A stretch of 64,000 nucleotides of DNA from Bacteroidales bacterium (GTDB taxonomy: Bacteria; Bacteroidota; Bacteroidia; Bacteroidales; UBA4417): assembly GCA_038212135.1 (NCBI GenBank), contig JBBQUX010000003.1, positions 350-64,349 of the forward strand, given 5' to 3'. This document shows, piece by piece, positions 29,923 to 40,446 of the stretch. The notes below the pieces were generated by a model. That model made no database searches and was not told where the DNA came from. It saw only the letters and a list, made by a program, of their open reading frames with translations. A program made the position numbers and the translations under genes. Each line of letters starts with the position of its first letter. The stretch's first letter is position 1.

Positions 29923-30032
29923 AAGAATAAGAATTAAAGATAAGGTTAAGGTTAAGGTTAAGGTTAGGGGTGAGGTTAAGTGTGAGGGGAGACCTCAATC
30001 TGAATCTAAACCTAAGTTAATTGAGATTGAAG
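29923..30032 (+). repeat. C-free AGGTTA-type hexamer array (29923-29990) followed by a short G-poor inverted segment
   Basis: aagaat aagaatt aaagat aaggtt aaggtt aaggtt aaggtt aggggtg aggtta agtgtg agggga. I count no C in ~68 nt. It is followed by gacctcaatctgaatctaaacctaag...gagattgaagg. Confidence 0.75.
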
Positions 30033-30094
30033 GAAAAAATAGAGTAAAAGTGTATTGGTACTCAATATATTAATTAGAAGATGATGTAACTGCA

Positions 30095-31015
30095 ATGATT
30101 ATGTCGGATATTTTAAAGAACTATTTTACTTTTAATAAAGGAGAACGAATCGGTATTCTGGTGGTAATTGCCATTATAATACTGGTACTGGCGGTGCCGT
30201 ATATGATTAAGTATGAGGTTAAAAGCAATAAGGATGAGTATACCCGTTTTGTGAAGGATATTGAAGAGTTTGAAAACAGCCTGAAATTCGCAGCTGATTC
30301 AGTAAATGAAGCAAGGATGCTTAATTTTCAGCTGATGGATAAATCAGTAGCTGAGAATAGAATTATGCCCTTTCCATTCAACCCGAACAAGTTGCCTTCA
30401 GAGCAGTGGAGTAAAATGGGTTTGAAGGATTGGCAGATAAAAGTTATTAAGAATTATGAGGCTAAAGGAGGGAAATTCAACAAGAAGGAAGATTTTAAAA
30501 GGATGTTTTGCATTTCTCCTTCTGAATTTGAAATTCTTGAACCTTATATTTCGATACCTGAGCAAAAGACAGAGTTTACTGAAAGTAAATCGGAGATAAA
30601 AGTAAAGAAAGAGAGGGTATTGGTTGATTTGAATACAGCAGATTCTGCAACTTTACTCACCCTTTACGGAATTGGGCCTTCGTTTGCAAAGAGAATTGTA
30701 AAATACAGGAATTTACTTGGCGGATTTTATAGTAAACAACAATTACTCGAAGTATTTGGTTTTGATCAGGACAGGCTAGATAAGATTGCAGATTACTGCG
30801 ATGTTGGTCCAGGACAGATTAGGAAGATTAATATCAATACAGTGCGTACCGAAGAATTGAAGAAGCATCCATATTTAGACTATTATACGGCTAAAGCGAT
30901 TGTTGATCAACGTATTTTTCTCGGAAAATACACTTCACTCCAACAGGTTAAAGAAATCCCTTTAATACACGACGAACTTTTTAATGAGATCAGGCATTAC
31001 CTGGTTATTGAATGA
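30095..31015 (+). CDS. Membrane-anchored helix-hairpin-helix (ComEA-like) DNA-binding domain protein
   Basis: N-terminal TM helix. HhH repeats LNTADSATLLTLYGIGPSFAKRIVKYR and INTVRTEELKKHPYLDYYTAKAIV. Confidence 0.8.
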   Translation: MIMSDILKNYFTFNKGERIGILVVIAIIILVLAVPYMIKYEVKSNKDEYTRFVKDIEEFENSLKFAADSVNEARMLNFQLMDKSVAENRIMPFPFNPNKLPSEQWSKMGLKDWQIKVIKNYEAKGGKFNKKEDFKRMFCISPSEFEILEPYISIPEQKTEFTESKSEIKVKKERVLVDLNTADSATLLTLYGIGPSFAKRIVKYRNLLGGFYSKQQLLEVFGFDQDRLDKIADYCDVGPGQIRKININTVRTEELKKHPYLDYYTAKAIVDQRIFLGKYTSLQQVKEIPLIHDELFNEIRHYLVIE

Positions 31016-32376
31016 TAAGACATAAATATATTCCCGAAACAAAAATGAGTAGCTGCAAAATTGCATTTATTTTCTTTTTACTGATGATTCCATTCATGAT
31101 GGTGGCTCAGGATGAGGCTGCGCCTCTAATTGAAAAGTTGCAGCAGGCAAAGGGAAACGTAAAAGTTGATATATTGAATGAGATTTCGGTCGTATACCGG
31201 AAATCTGATCGTTATATGGCCTTGGATTATGCCAGGAAGGCATACAGTCTCGCTGCCGGGAGTAAATATTTATCCGGCAAAGCACTTGCAAAGAAAAATG
31301 AAGGTATTTGTTGGTTTTTTGTTGGGAATAACGATTCGGCAACTATTTGTTATACAGAATCACTTGACATATTTACTCTCATAAAAGACCAAAAGGGTAT
31401 GTCGGCTTGTTATAACAATCTTGGATTGATTGCACAAGAGACAGGGAAGTATGATGAGGCATTAAGCCTTTACAAGTTATCAATTGATATTGATAAAAAA
31501 CTGGGCGATGAGATTGGGGTTGCGCTTACATTAGAAAATATGGCAGCTATTCACATGTATCGGGGAAACGCTTATAAAGCTATTATTTTAACCAATGAAT
31601 GTATCCATATTTATACAAAGCAATCATATAAACCAGGGCTAATGGCAAGTTATAGTAATAGGGGATCTGAATATGATTATCTTATGAAATATGATGAGTC
31701 TATCCATGATTTTACTAAAGCACTAGATTTAGCTCGAGAATTAAATGATAAGTATTGGGAAATTAAAACCAAAAGTAACATAGGAGTCATTTATTGGCAC
31801 ATGGGGAAACCTAATATTTCAATTGAATATCTGAATTCTGCACTAGAAATGAGTGATGAATATGATGATGCATACAATATTGATAACACACTCAAGACAA
31901 TAGCTGAAATATATTCATCTCAGAAAAAGTATGTCAAATCAAATAAAATTCTTCAAAGAATTCTCAAAAGGAATGAAACAATTGAAAATGTGAGACAGGC
32001 TGCAGTGATAATGACGAATATTGGTAGAAATTTGGTTGAACTTGATGAAATAGATAAAGCACTCGGCTATCTAAATAAGAGCCTTGAGATTACATCCGAA
32101 CTTGAAGCTCCTTATGAAAAGTTAGAAAACTACAGAAATCTTGCCCATGCAAATGCAGTACTCCATAACTTCAGGTTGGCTGATAGCCTTCAGGATTTAT
32201 TTGCTCAAACGTATTCATCTCTCTTTAATGCAGATTCAATTGGAGCATTTCGGGATAGTGAAGTGAGTAAAGTAGACGGTCACTTTGCCAAAACATCAGC
32301 GGTATCTGATTGGATAACAGCGTTTGCCTCATTAATTATTATTTTATTGCTTTCGGTTGTTGCTTACCGTAGATAG
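31012..32376 (+). CDS. Tetratricopeptide-repeat protein with C-terminal TM anchor
   Basis: Multiple TPR-like A..Y...L.I units. The ATGA overlaps the upstream stop. An alternative start at 31045 (MSSCKIAF...) is possible. Confidence 0.8.
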   Translation: MIRHKYIPETKMSSCKIAFIFFLLMIPFMMVAQDEAAPLIEKLQQAKGNVKVDILNEISVVYRKSDRYMALDYARKAYSLAAGSKYLSGKALAKKNEGICWFFVGNNDSATICYTESLDIFTLIKDQKGMSACYNNLGLIAQETGKYDEALSLYKLSIDIDKKLGDEIGVALTLENMAAIHMYRGNAYKAIILTNECIHIYTKQSYKPGLMASYSNRGSEYDYLMKYDESIHDFTKALDLARELNDKYWEIKTKSNIGVIYWHMGKPNISIEYLNSALEMSDEYDDAYNIDNTLKTIAEIYSSQKKYVKSNKILQRILKRNETIENVRQAAVIMTNIGRNLVELDEIDKALGYLNKSLEITSELEAPYEKLENYRNLAHANAVLHNFRLADSLQDLFAQTYSSLFNADSIGAFRDSEVSKVDGHFAKTSAVSDWITAFASLIIILLLSVVAYRR

Positions 32377-32825
32377 ATGGAGGAAACTTAAATGGATCCA
32401 ATGTGGAATATGCCTAAAAGGAATAATTCAATAAAATAAAAAGTCAGGGGTATTGCAATATGTTGATTTGCACGCAATGCGGAATTTAAAACTTTTCATA
32501 CGCTTGAATTCAAAAGTGCGGATTACTGATGAGTGTAAATTCCTGAGGGCACTTTCCTTTGATCGGACAAATTGATTTCACTGGATGGAAGAATGAAATA
32601 ATTTTTAAACCTGTTTCGATACCTGACTGGCATCTGATTTTTATCCTTCGTTAACTAAATGTTAATAAATATTAAGTGCTCGAAACATATGCAAACACTT
32701 GAATTTATGCGTAATCGGATAGAATATAACAAGCTGTCAGTCAAAAATATTTGGAATTATTGTAAAATGTATATATTTTGGCTCTTTCAAACGGATCAAC
32801 CCAATTAATAACCAAAAACACAAAA

Positions 32826-34463
32826 ATGAAAAAATTAGTACTCCTCGCTCTTTCTGCAGCATTTTTATCCACAGGCCTTATGGCTGGTGGAATCATGACT
32901 AACACGAACCAAAGCGCTGCATATGCACGTTTACTTTCCCGAAATGCCAGTTTAGGTATCGATGCTGTGTATTACAATCCCGCCGGTCTTACCAAATTAG
33001 GTAACGGCTTCCATCTGTCGCTGAACAATCAAACTATTTTTCAGACTAAGGATGTAACAAACAATTATCCATACCTGCATAAATCACCTGATGCAAAATA
33101 TACCGGAGAAGTTAAAGCTCCTGTATTTCCTGGTGTTTATGCCGTTTATAAAATGGATAAACTTGCTTTTTCATTTGGTTTTAATCCGGTAGGCGGCGGT
33201 GGCGGCGCAACCTATGCTACAGGACTTCCTTCCTTCGAAATGCCAATCTCTGATTTAGTTCCTGGCCTGGCAGCTAAAGCTGGAGTAACTGATTACAAAG
33301 CCGATATCAATTTTGAAGGTACATCGGTATATTTTGGCTACCAGTTTGGGGTTTCGTACGAAGTATGCAAGTCATTCTCGGTTTTTGCAGGCGTGCGCAG
33401 TGTTTCCGCGAAGAATACTTATAAAGGTTCAATTTCAAATATCATGATCAATCCGTCAATTCCCGGTACACCTTATGACGGTGGTTTTATGCGTGCTGAC
33501 TTATTCGGAACACAACAGGCTACTTATTATACCGGTGTTGCAACATCATACAATACCGCTGCTGCCGGAGCCGGTCAGTTAACTGCCGCAGGTCTTGGTT
33601 CTTTTACTTTTGCCCAGGCTCAGCAGGCAGGTGCAATCAGTGTAGCTCAACAAGCGGGATTTGAAGGTGCTTTGCAGGCTGCAGGTCAACCGATTGATAC
33701 ACCTATTGGTACTGCACAAGTTGTATATACAACCGTATCAGGACAGGCAACTGCAGGTGCTGCTCAAATGACTGGATTAGCTGCTAAAACTGCGGATGCA
33801 GAAGTTGATGTAGTTCAGACTGGCACAGGTTATACTCCAATTTTCGGCGCTAATATGACTTTTGCCGAAAAACTTACAGTATCTCTTAAATATGAGATGA
33901 TTACTAAAATAGAACTTACCAACGAAACCAAAGTTGATGGAACCGGTACTTTTGTTGACGGAGCCAAATCGCGCGCTGATATGCCGGCTATGTTTTCTTT
34001 AGGTGCTGCATACCCTGTAACCAAGAAACTTAATGCAACAGTTAGCTATAACTACTTTTTCGATAAAAAAGCCGATTACGGTAAGAAAGATGCCGCTGGC
34101 AAACCGGTGACAAACGAATCGGTTATTGATAAAAACTTCTTTGAACTTGCTTTTGGCCTCGAATATGACATCACTGATAAATTCCTGGTTAGTGGCGGTT
34201 ACCTTCTTGCTAAAACCGGAGTTTCAGAAGCTTACCAGACTGATTTGAGTTTCAGTAATACTTCTAACAGTGTTGCAGGTGGTTTTCAGTACAAAATTTC
34301 TCCAGCAATTGCAATAAACCTGGGTGGTATCTATGTCATGTACAAAGATGGCAATAAAACCTATAACCACATGTTGGGTACCAACAGCATCCCGGTAAAT
34401 GAAATTTATGCAAAAACAACCTGGATGGCAGCAGTTGGACTTGATATTAAAATTGGCAAATAA
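32826..34463 (+). CDS. Outer-membrane transport protein, FadL/OmpP1/TodX-like
   Basis: The internal ATG gives MKKLVLLALSAAFLSTGLMAGG, then NQSAAYARLLSRNAS...DAVYYNPAGL as in the FadL family. The C-terminus looks like a beta-barrel. Confidence 0.8.
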   Translation: MKKLVLLALSAAFLSTGLMAGGIMTNTNQSAAYARLLSRNASLGIDAVYYNPAGLTKLGNGFHLSLNNQTIFQTKDVTNNYPYLHKSPDAKYTGEVKAPVFPGVYAVYKMDKLAFSFGFNPVGGGGGATYATGLPSFEMPISDLVPGLAAKAGVTDYKADINFEGTSVYFGYQFGVSYEVCKSFSVFAGVRSVSAKNTYKGSISNIMINPSIPGTPYDGGFMRADLFGTQQATYYTGVATSYNTAAAGAGQLTAAGLGSFTFAQAQQAGAISVAQQAGFEGALQAAGQPIDTPIGTAQVVYTTVSGQATAGAAQMTGLAAKTADAEVDVVQTGTGYTPIFGANMTFAEKLTVSLKYEMITKIELTNETKVDGTGTFVDGAKSRADMPAMFSLGAAYPVTKKLNATVSYNYFFDKKADYGKKDAAGKPVTNESVIDKNFFELAFGLEYDITDKFLVSGGYLLAKTGVSEAYQTDLSFSNTSNSVAGGFQYKISPAIAINLGGIYVMYKDGNKTYNHMLGTNSIPVNEIYAKTTWMAAVGLDIKIGK

Positions 34464-34490
34464 TTCCTGATGAGTTGGAATAAAAGCATA

Positions 34491-34514
34491 AAAGCCTTCA
34501 GCGATGAGGGCTTT
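34491..34514. terminator. Intrinsic terminator between convergent genes
   Basis: AAAGCCTTCA-gcga-TGAGGGCTTT followed by TTTGC. Confidence 0.6.
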
Positions 34515-34565
34515 TTGCTTTATAGTCTTTTAGATGAATTCTCGATTGACGTACAAAAAAATGAT

Positions 34566-37500
34566 TTATCTGTTAATAACTATCTTCTGAGTTTGCAATG
34601 TCGAGCTATTTTCAAAAGTAAGCAGATAAATTCCATTCGACAGGTTGCTAAGTTCAATTGTTGCAATTTCAGGGAGCAACCGGAAGTCGGAGTAATATAC
34701 AACTTTCCCTTGCACATTTCTGATGTAAATTCTGGATGTATCTCTATAAGTGGATTTAATATATAGGATATTTTTTACCGGATTAGGCCAGACCTGGAGT
34801 TCATTAGTTTCTGTACTTTCGGGTATTCCGATAAATTGTGAAACTGTAATTTGTAATGCATCCGAAAATTCACCTGTACCGCAGGAGTTTATTCCGGCAA
34901 CCGAAAGGTAAGCAGTACCGTTAAAAAGCGGATTCCAGGTTACCTGGCAGTTATAAGTTATTGAACTGTTGATTCCGGCTTCAACAGGCGATATGTTCCA
35001 TAAATACGCATCCGAATTGGGCGATAATATTGAACTATAGGATGTTGATGGTGTAAGAAAAACATTTACTGCGGTAGATCCAGATGGTTGATTTGGAACC
35101 AGGGCGGTTGAATCGACATTAACACTAATTGAAGCAGAAACAATATTTATCCCATCTGAAACCTCTACATTATATTGGGTCGTAACCAGCGGGTTTACCG
35201 ATGGATTTACAATTGAAGAAATAAAACCAGCCGGAATGGATGTCCAGGAATATGTATAATTGCCGGAACCGCCGCCAGCCATAGCGTTAAGTTGTGAATA
35301 CTCTGCTATGCATATCTTTTCAGGAGTAGCAGTTATATTCACACTTAATGGACTGCCGGTAACATTTACAAACACCATATCGGCAGATATGCATTGTGTA
35401 GCCGGATCGGTCACAAGCATTGTAAATTCAAATGAATTAGTAAGGTTTATAGTGTGTGGATTGATTATTCCTGCATTTACCAGCAGATCAGCCGGTTCCC
35501 AACTTATGTTGAGTGAGCCGGATCCACCGGATGCTGCCCCGTTCAACTGTGTTGAAGTTCCATATAGTATGGATTGGTCAGTGCCTGCATCAGAATATAC
35601 AGCCGGATTTATTGTTAGCAGGAGCGAATCGACTGTGTTTCCACATTGAATTGTGCCATAGGCTGTAAGAATCAGGAAAACTTCCCCGCCGGCTATATCA
35701 TTTGATCCGGGAGTATATACAGGATTGAGGATAATGGTATTGCTGAAAGTACCATCTCCTGAAGTAATCCAAGCTACCGTTTGGGTCAATGTGGCTGATC
35801 CTGAAAGCGTGAAACCGTTGGCAGAGCATATTGCCGCATCCGCACCTGCCGATGCATATGGTTTTTGAAAAATACCGAGCGTTATAGTATCAGATACTTC
35901 GGGTGCGCTGTTATTTCCTGCATGAATAATAAGGTTTACCGACCCAAAATTAAGATCGTAAGTACCCGGATAATATGTTGCAGCAGCAATTGTGCTGTTG
36001 TCGAAATACCCGTCTCCGCTGGTTGCCCACGTAATATATTCAGCATTCACTACAACAGACTGTAGCGGATAACCTGGAGGAAAGCATGCAATATCGTCCG
36101 GACCGGCATTCGCTATTAATAGAAAGTCGTCAAAAGGTGGCCATACAATGTAGTCGATCCATGCTTTATCACTTCCTGCAACCGTATTGATATCTTTATT
36201 ATACTTCCATGTAAACGTATGTGAGCCGGCTGATATCTGGTAAGTCACTTTTGCCCAGGGAACTTCTCCCGACCATTTTCCCTTTTCTTCGCCATCAATA
36301 TAAAAAGTCATGAAATCGTAATTGGCTTCGGAGGAAATTTTTCGGTAAAAGCTGATTTCTGAAGCACATAACACATTCATTGTTACATACATTGAACTTT
36401 GCATATTGTCAGCCAAAGTCGGTGAAGATGCACAGAATGAACCTTGAAATGGTAAACTGGTATTAATTATCCAGTTTGCATTTCCGCTAAAATGCCAGGG
36501 ATACTTAGTGAAATCGGCTGTTTCGAAATCTTCGGCAATAATTCCGACATTAAAATAGACACTATCTTCTGATGAATAATTCTGTTCGGCAGTGAGGTGA
36601 AGTGCTGCCATGGTGATGTGCCCAAGAGGACAACTTGTTGATATTGATACCTGGAATTCAATGCTTTGTGAAGTATGGGCAAAGAGTGTGTCCAATACCC
36701 CATTTCCCTGTATTATCGCGATAAAAGGATCTATTGAAGTGAGTAATGCATTGACATTCACAGCAGCTGATCCTCCATTGTTACTTACAGTTACATTAAG
36801 TGTTCCGCTTTCGCCAGGCATAAGAATATTATTGTTACCGTCAGTAATAATGACTGCTGTTATTTTCAGATTGGCCGAATAAGCAGGAATAGTGATGTTG
36901 CGGGTAAAAATATCTTCGGTTGCAATGGCCTGGCTGGTGGTGATTATTTCGTGCCCGTCAGGGATATATTGCGAAACATTAAAAGCTAAAGCATTTGCAA
37001 CAACAATTGTCTGTCCCGGATTTAACAATCCTATGTGTTGTGTGCTGTCTGTCAATATGATAAACGGGTCCGAAATGAGTAGTTTCAGATTCACATTATG
37101 CAAGGTTGTGCTACCAATGTTGGTTAGTTTCGCAGTCAGAATTACATTTTCTCCATACTCAACAACGCTATCGCCACCCGAATTGACAATGTATTCCAGT
37201 TTAACGCCTTTGGTCGAAAAATTGAGAGTTTTGGTGTTGTACATATTGTTAATATCCTCGGCATAGAACCTCACAGGGACATTGCTGTATTCAGCGGAGG
37301 GTGTTCCGGTAAGCAATCCATCGTCACTAAGGTTCATTTCGGTTGGAAAGGCTGAGGTTATAAAACGAAACATTGTGTTTTCCGCAGGCTGGGCAAGCGA
37401 ATCGGTAATTGAGCAGAAATTGTAATTTATACCGTCGCCGTTCGAAATTCCTGCATTCCATGTAACCCATGAATTCGATACGATATTTCCATAATACAAT

Positions 37501-39443
37501 TCTATCTTTCCATTTGGAAAAATCTTTACAGCATAGTTTATATCTGTTGTTGGTCCACTGCCATACATGCCTGATTTCCAGCGAAAAATGGCATAATTCG
37601 GATTAGAGTCGTACCAGATTCCATCTCCTTCGGAGGGAAAGAGTATAAGCGGTTTCGCCATGTAAGGCGATATGTTGCGTGTGTTTTTAAAAAAGGTCTT
37701 TTCGTAAATGATGAAAGTCCAGGGCATCAGGTCGGGTTGAAACATGAGGTATCCATCTACATGTGCATAGAGTTTTGAATACTTTTTCCCATAAAAAGGA
37801 AACTCAAAGGGCAGGTTTACCTCAGCAAAGCCGTTGCCTGTGTTTGCAATTGTGAGCTGTTGGGCTGTTATTAAAGGGAATGCTGCTGTGTGTGGGGTTT
37901 CATTGTAGTCGCAAAGGAATTTCCACTTGTAGGAAGGGGTGCCCCCGGAAGCTTCCATCTGCTGGCTGTAAGGCTCATAGATTTTAGCTTCAGGAAGAAA
38001 AGTATTAGTAATTGATGGCCGGTTGTGATTGGGTGTGTGGGTAATTGACATCACCGTAAGCCCGTTTTCGACAATTGGAACATTGCTGTTCGTGCAGGGA
38101 ATAGTAGTCGTGAATCCGTTATAATCCACAAGGTCAAAGGAAATAATCTGCCCGGTGGCAGATGCTGCAGGATCTGTTTCGCTGAGCATCAGGAAAAATT
38201 TTGCCGCTTGTCCTGGCACAATTTCACTCAGCAGAGAAGTAGCATCAATACCGAAAATAATTGTTTTGTCAGCTTCGGTGGTACCTCCCAACATATATTT
38301 GTCACCGCCCTGCATATCGAAGATTGGCAGGTTGAGCAACAAATCAGGTTCGGTGGCGAGTGGATTTTGTGAAACTCCGGCCATTAATTTCAGCTTATTC
38401 CTCGAAGTATGTTTCAGCGTTACCTTGAAAGTAAGTTTTGGGGTAACATCCGTTTTTACTTTAATAATATGTGCTGCATGGTTCCATATACCGCCACTTC
38501 CCAGGTTATCAGCAAATGTTTTGTACATTACATACGAAAATCCAAGATTTCCCCAGTTATTGATACCACCGTAAGTATTGGCAAGCCTGAATCCGCCAAT
38601 TTCCCAGTCTTTCATATCAACAATACCATCTCCATTAATATCAATAGTATTGGTATATAGTCCGTCATTATTATAATCATACCGGATTGAATCGTTGTAA
38701 CCAACCAGTGTTACCGCGTGATTCGGGCTGCCACCCCAGGTAGTGATCACCCATTTGCCGGCTTCAGGAGTACCGGAAGCAAGCTGTGCATCAGGCGTTT
38801 TGTACTGAATATAAATATTAGCCAGTCCGCCGACAGTTGAAGTATTTGAATGGTTGTAAATCCAGTTTTTCAATGTACTGAGGCCTGATTCGTCGTCGGT
38901 AGTAATAGTATAAACATCGGATATACGATTGTGCATAGAATTGTAGTATTTGTCGTATCCGGTCATCCAGCGTGTGGCTCCTCCGGCAGAAAGACCACCA
39001 TAATCAGCTACGCTTGGGTTGCCGCATCGCTTGATGATTTCCCATGTTTCGAAATAGCTAACCCCGGCATCACTTCCGCCATTGATGAAATTGTAGGTAA
39101 AATATGTTGCATATTGATTTTGCGAAACATTGGCAGGCAGGTTTCGGACCCAGTCAATTTCATACGTGAAATTTAAACCTATGCTTGCCGCCTGTCCGCA
39201 TTCGAGGCCCGACTGGTTAAAAAGTGGCCTAAAAAAAGGCTGCGTAGTATTATCAACGCTAAATGGCAAGGTCGTTGCCTGGTCACCGGTTTCGAACTGA
39301 TACTCAGGAATTGTAGCTAGTTTCTGAAGTTCAGTGGTTGATAATGGGCTTAATTCGGGGTTTCCCAGTTTTCCCTGGGCATTGATAAAAACCGGAAAGA
39401 GAAAGGGTATTGCCAGAAGAAGTAAGTGTTTTTTCATATTCAT
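34566..39443 (-). CDS. 1625-aa T9SS-secreted multidomain protein: papain-like (C1-type) cysteine peptidase domain, MAM/jelly-roll-like domain, Ig-like repeats, C-terminal sorting domain
   Basis: Signal peptide. QSGLECGQAAS (Gln/Cys) and NHAVTLVGYND (His) resemble clan CA catalytic motifs. The C-terminus is LQVWPNPVKNILYI...NGIYLLTFEN...IVINR. Confidence 0.9.
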   Translation of the reverse strand: MNMKKHLLLLAIPFLFPVFINAQGKLGNPELSPLSTTELQKLATIPEYQFETGDQATTLPFSVDNTTQPFFRPLFNQSGLECGQAASIGLNFTYEIDWVRNLPANVSQNQYATYFTYNFINGGSDAGVSYFETWEIIKRCGNPSVADYGGLSAGGATRWMTGYDKYYNSMHNRISDVYTITTDDESGLSTLKNWIYNHSNTSTVGGLANIYIQYKTPDAQLASGTPEAGKWVITTWGGSPNHAVTLVGYNDSIRYDYNNDGLYTNTIDINGDGIVDMKDWEIGGFRLANTYGGINNWGNLGFSYVMYKTFADNLGSGGIWNHAAHIIKVKTDVTPKLTFKVTLKHTSRNKLKLMAGVSQNPLATEPDLLLNLPIFDMQGGDKYMLGGTTEADKTIIFGIDATSLLSEIVPGQAAKFFLMLSETDPAASATGQIISFDLVDYNGFTTTIPCTNSNVPIVENGLTVMSITHTPNHNRPSITNTFLPEAKIYEPYSQQMEASGGTPSYKWKFLCDYNETPHTAAFPLITAQQLTIANTGNGFAEVNLPFEFPFYGKKYSKLYAHVDGYLMFQPDLMPWTFIIYEKTFFKNTRNISPYMAKPLILFPSEGDGIWYDSNPNYAIFRWKSGMYGSGPTTDINYAVKIFPNGKIELYYGNIVSNSWVTWNAGISNGDGINYNFCSITDSLAQPAENTMFRFITSAFPTEMNLSDDGLLTGTPSAEYSNVPVRFYAEDINNMYNTKTLNFSTKGVKLEYIVNSGGDSVVEYGENVILTAKLTNIGSTTLHNVNLKLLISDPFIILTDSTQHIGLLNPGQTIVVANALAFNVSQYIPDGHEIITTSQAIATEDIFTRNITIPAYSANLKITAVIITDGNNNILMPGESGTLNVTVSNNGGSAAVNVNALLTSIDPFIAIIQGNGVLDTLFAHTSQSIEFQVSISTSCPLGHITMAALHLTAEQNYSSEDSVYFNVGIIAEDFETADFTKYPWHFSGNANWIINTSLPFQGSFCASSPTLADNMQSSMYVTMNVLCASEISFYRKISSEANYDFMTFYIDGEEKGKWSGEVPWAKVTYQISAGSHTFTWKYNKDINTVAGSDKAWIDYIVWPPFDDFLLIANAGPDDIACFPPGYPLQSVVVNAEYITWATSGDGYFDNSTIAAATYYPGTYDLNFGSVNLIIHAGNNSAPEVSDTITLGIFQKPYASAGADAAICSANGFTLSGSATLTQTVAWITSGDGTFSNTIILNPVYTPGSNDIAGGEVFLILTAYGTIQCGNTVDSLLLTINPAVYSDAGTDQSILYGTSTQLNGAASGGSGSLNISWEPADLLVNAGIINPHTINLTNSFEFTMLVTDPATQCISADMVFVNVTGSPLSVNITATPEKICIAEYSQLNAMAGGGSGNYTYSWTSIPAGFISSIVNPSVNPLVTTQYNVEVSDGINIVSASISVNVDSTALVPNQPSGSTAVNVFLTPSTSYSSILSPNSDAYLWNISPVEAGINSSITYNCQVTWNPLFNGTAYLSVAGINSCGTGEFSDALQITVSQFIGIPESTETNELQVWPNPVKNILYIKSTYRDTSRIYIRNVQGKVVYYSDFRLLPEIATIELSNLSNGIYLLTFENSSTLQTQKIVINR

Positions 39444-39600
39444 TTATTGAAAATCCACCTAAAAGTAATTTTTATTTCCGGTTTGATGCTGCCTTCTTTC
39501 CGAAAAGATATATTATTTTGAATTTTGATCTCTTACCAGTCAGGAAACTGAGGATTTAGTGATGAAAACAACAGATACTATTTTATTCCCTTAAGCAGGA

Positions 39601-40341
39601 TCAATTTCTTTCGTTAAACCTGAGCCTCCCGACAGTATCCGTGGTTGACTCAATGCTTTTACGGATGAGGTAGTCGTATTTCTCTTTCTCAAAAGCTTGC
39701 ATGACTTTCTTTTCAATAAGTAACTCGTAATATTTTTCCCTGTAATCCTGTGCAGGTTCATTTTTCCCGGTGGTTGGATTTTTCTGAAATATCCAGAACA
39801 ATCCTGCAATTAATGCGACCAACAATGCAGCTGATGACAGTATTACCGCCAGGTAATCACGCTGTGGGTGAGTGCTGACAGGTTCAAAATGGGATGGGCT
39901 GGAAGATATTTCATAGAGTTCGTGATCAGCAGCATTTACTGTAACACTGGCAGGCACATGCCTTTCAATCAGTTCTTCGAAATATTCGCCGATTGTATCC
40001 TTTATAAGGTAATCGAGAGCCTGACGGGTTGTTCCATAATTGAGGTAGCGGGTAATTACCAGCAGTTTGAACTGTATGGTAAGTGAACCATGTTCACGAT
40101 AGTCGAGGAAATAAACCCTTGTGCTGTCGCGGATTACAATGCTCCGTTCAATATTAGTCTGCAAAAAATCCCGTATGGGGTTTTCAATCTTATCGCCTTT
40201 TTTTCGGGTATATTCAAAACGGGTCAGTTCCGCAAAGAGCAAATCATGCAATTCGCTAAATCCACTATCCTTATCTTTTATCTGGATAGTATATTCGATT
40301 TCGCGAATGGTAATAGCATCTGAAAACTTGCTGTTGGCCAT
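39601..40341 (-). CDS. Hypothetical single-pass membrane protein
   Basis: 246-aa ORF with TM segment AVILSSAALLVALIAGLFWIF. No family recognised. Confidence 0.65.
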   Translation of the reverse strand: MANSKFSDAITIREIEYTIQIKDKDSGFSELHDLLFAELTRFEYTRKKGDKIENPIRDFLQTNIERSIVIRDSTRVYFLDYREHGSLTIQFKLLVITRYLNYGTTRQALDYLIKDTIGEYFEELIERHVPASVTVNAADHELYEISSSPSHFEPVSTHPQRDYLAVILSSAALLVALIAGLFWIFQKNPTTGKNEPAQDYREKYYELLIEKKVMQAFEKEKYDYLIRKSIESTTDTVGRLRFNERN

Positions 40342-40398
40342 ATGCCAGGCTTAAAATATTTTAATTTTTCTGATTTCAATTATTAAAACCAGTTTTTT

Positions 40399-40406
40399 GC
40401 AAAAGT
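40399..40406 (-). promoter_or_regulatory. Candidate -7 box (TActTTTG) for the 39601-40341 gene
   Basis: Plus strand CAAAAGTA, ~58 nt upstream of the start at 40341. Confidence 0.35.
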
Positions 40407-40446
40407 AATGGAAATCAGTATGTATTGTATATTCCTGCCTTCATGA

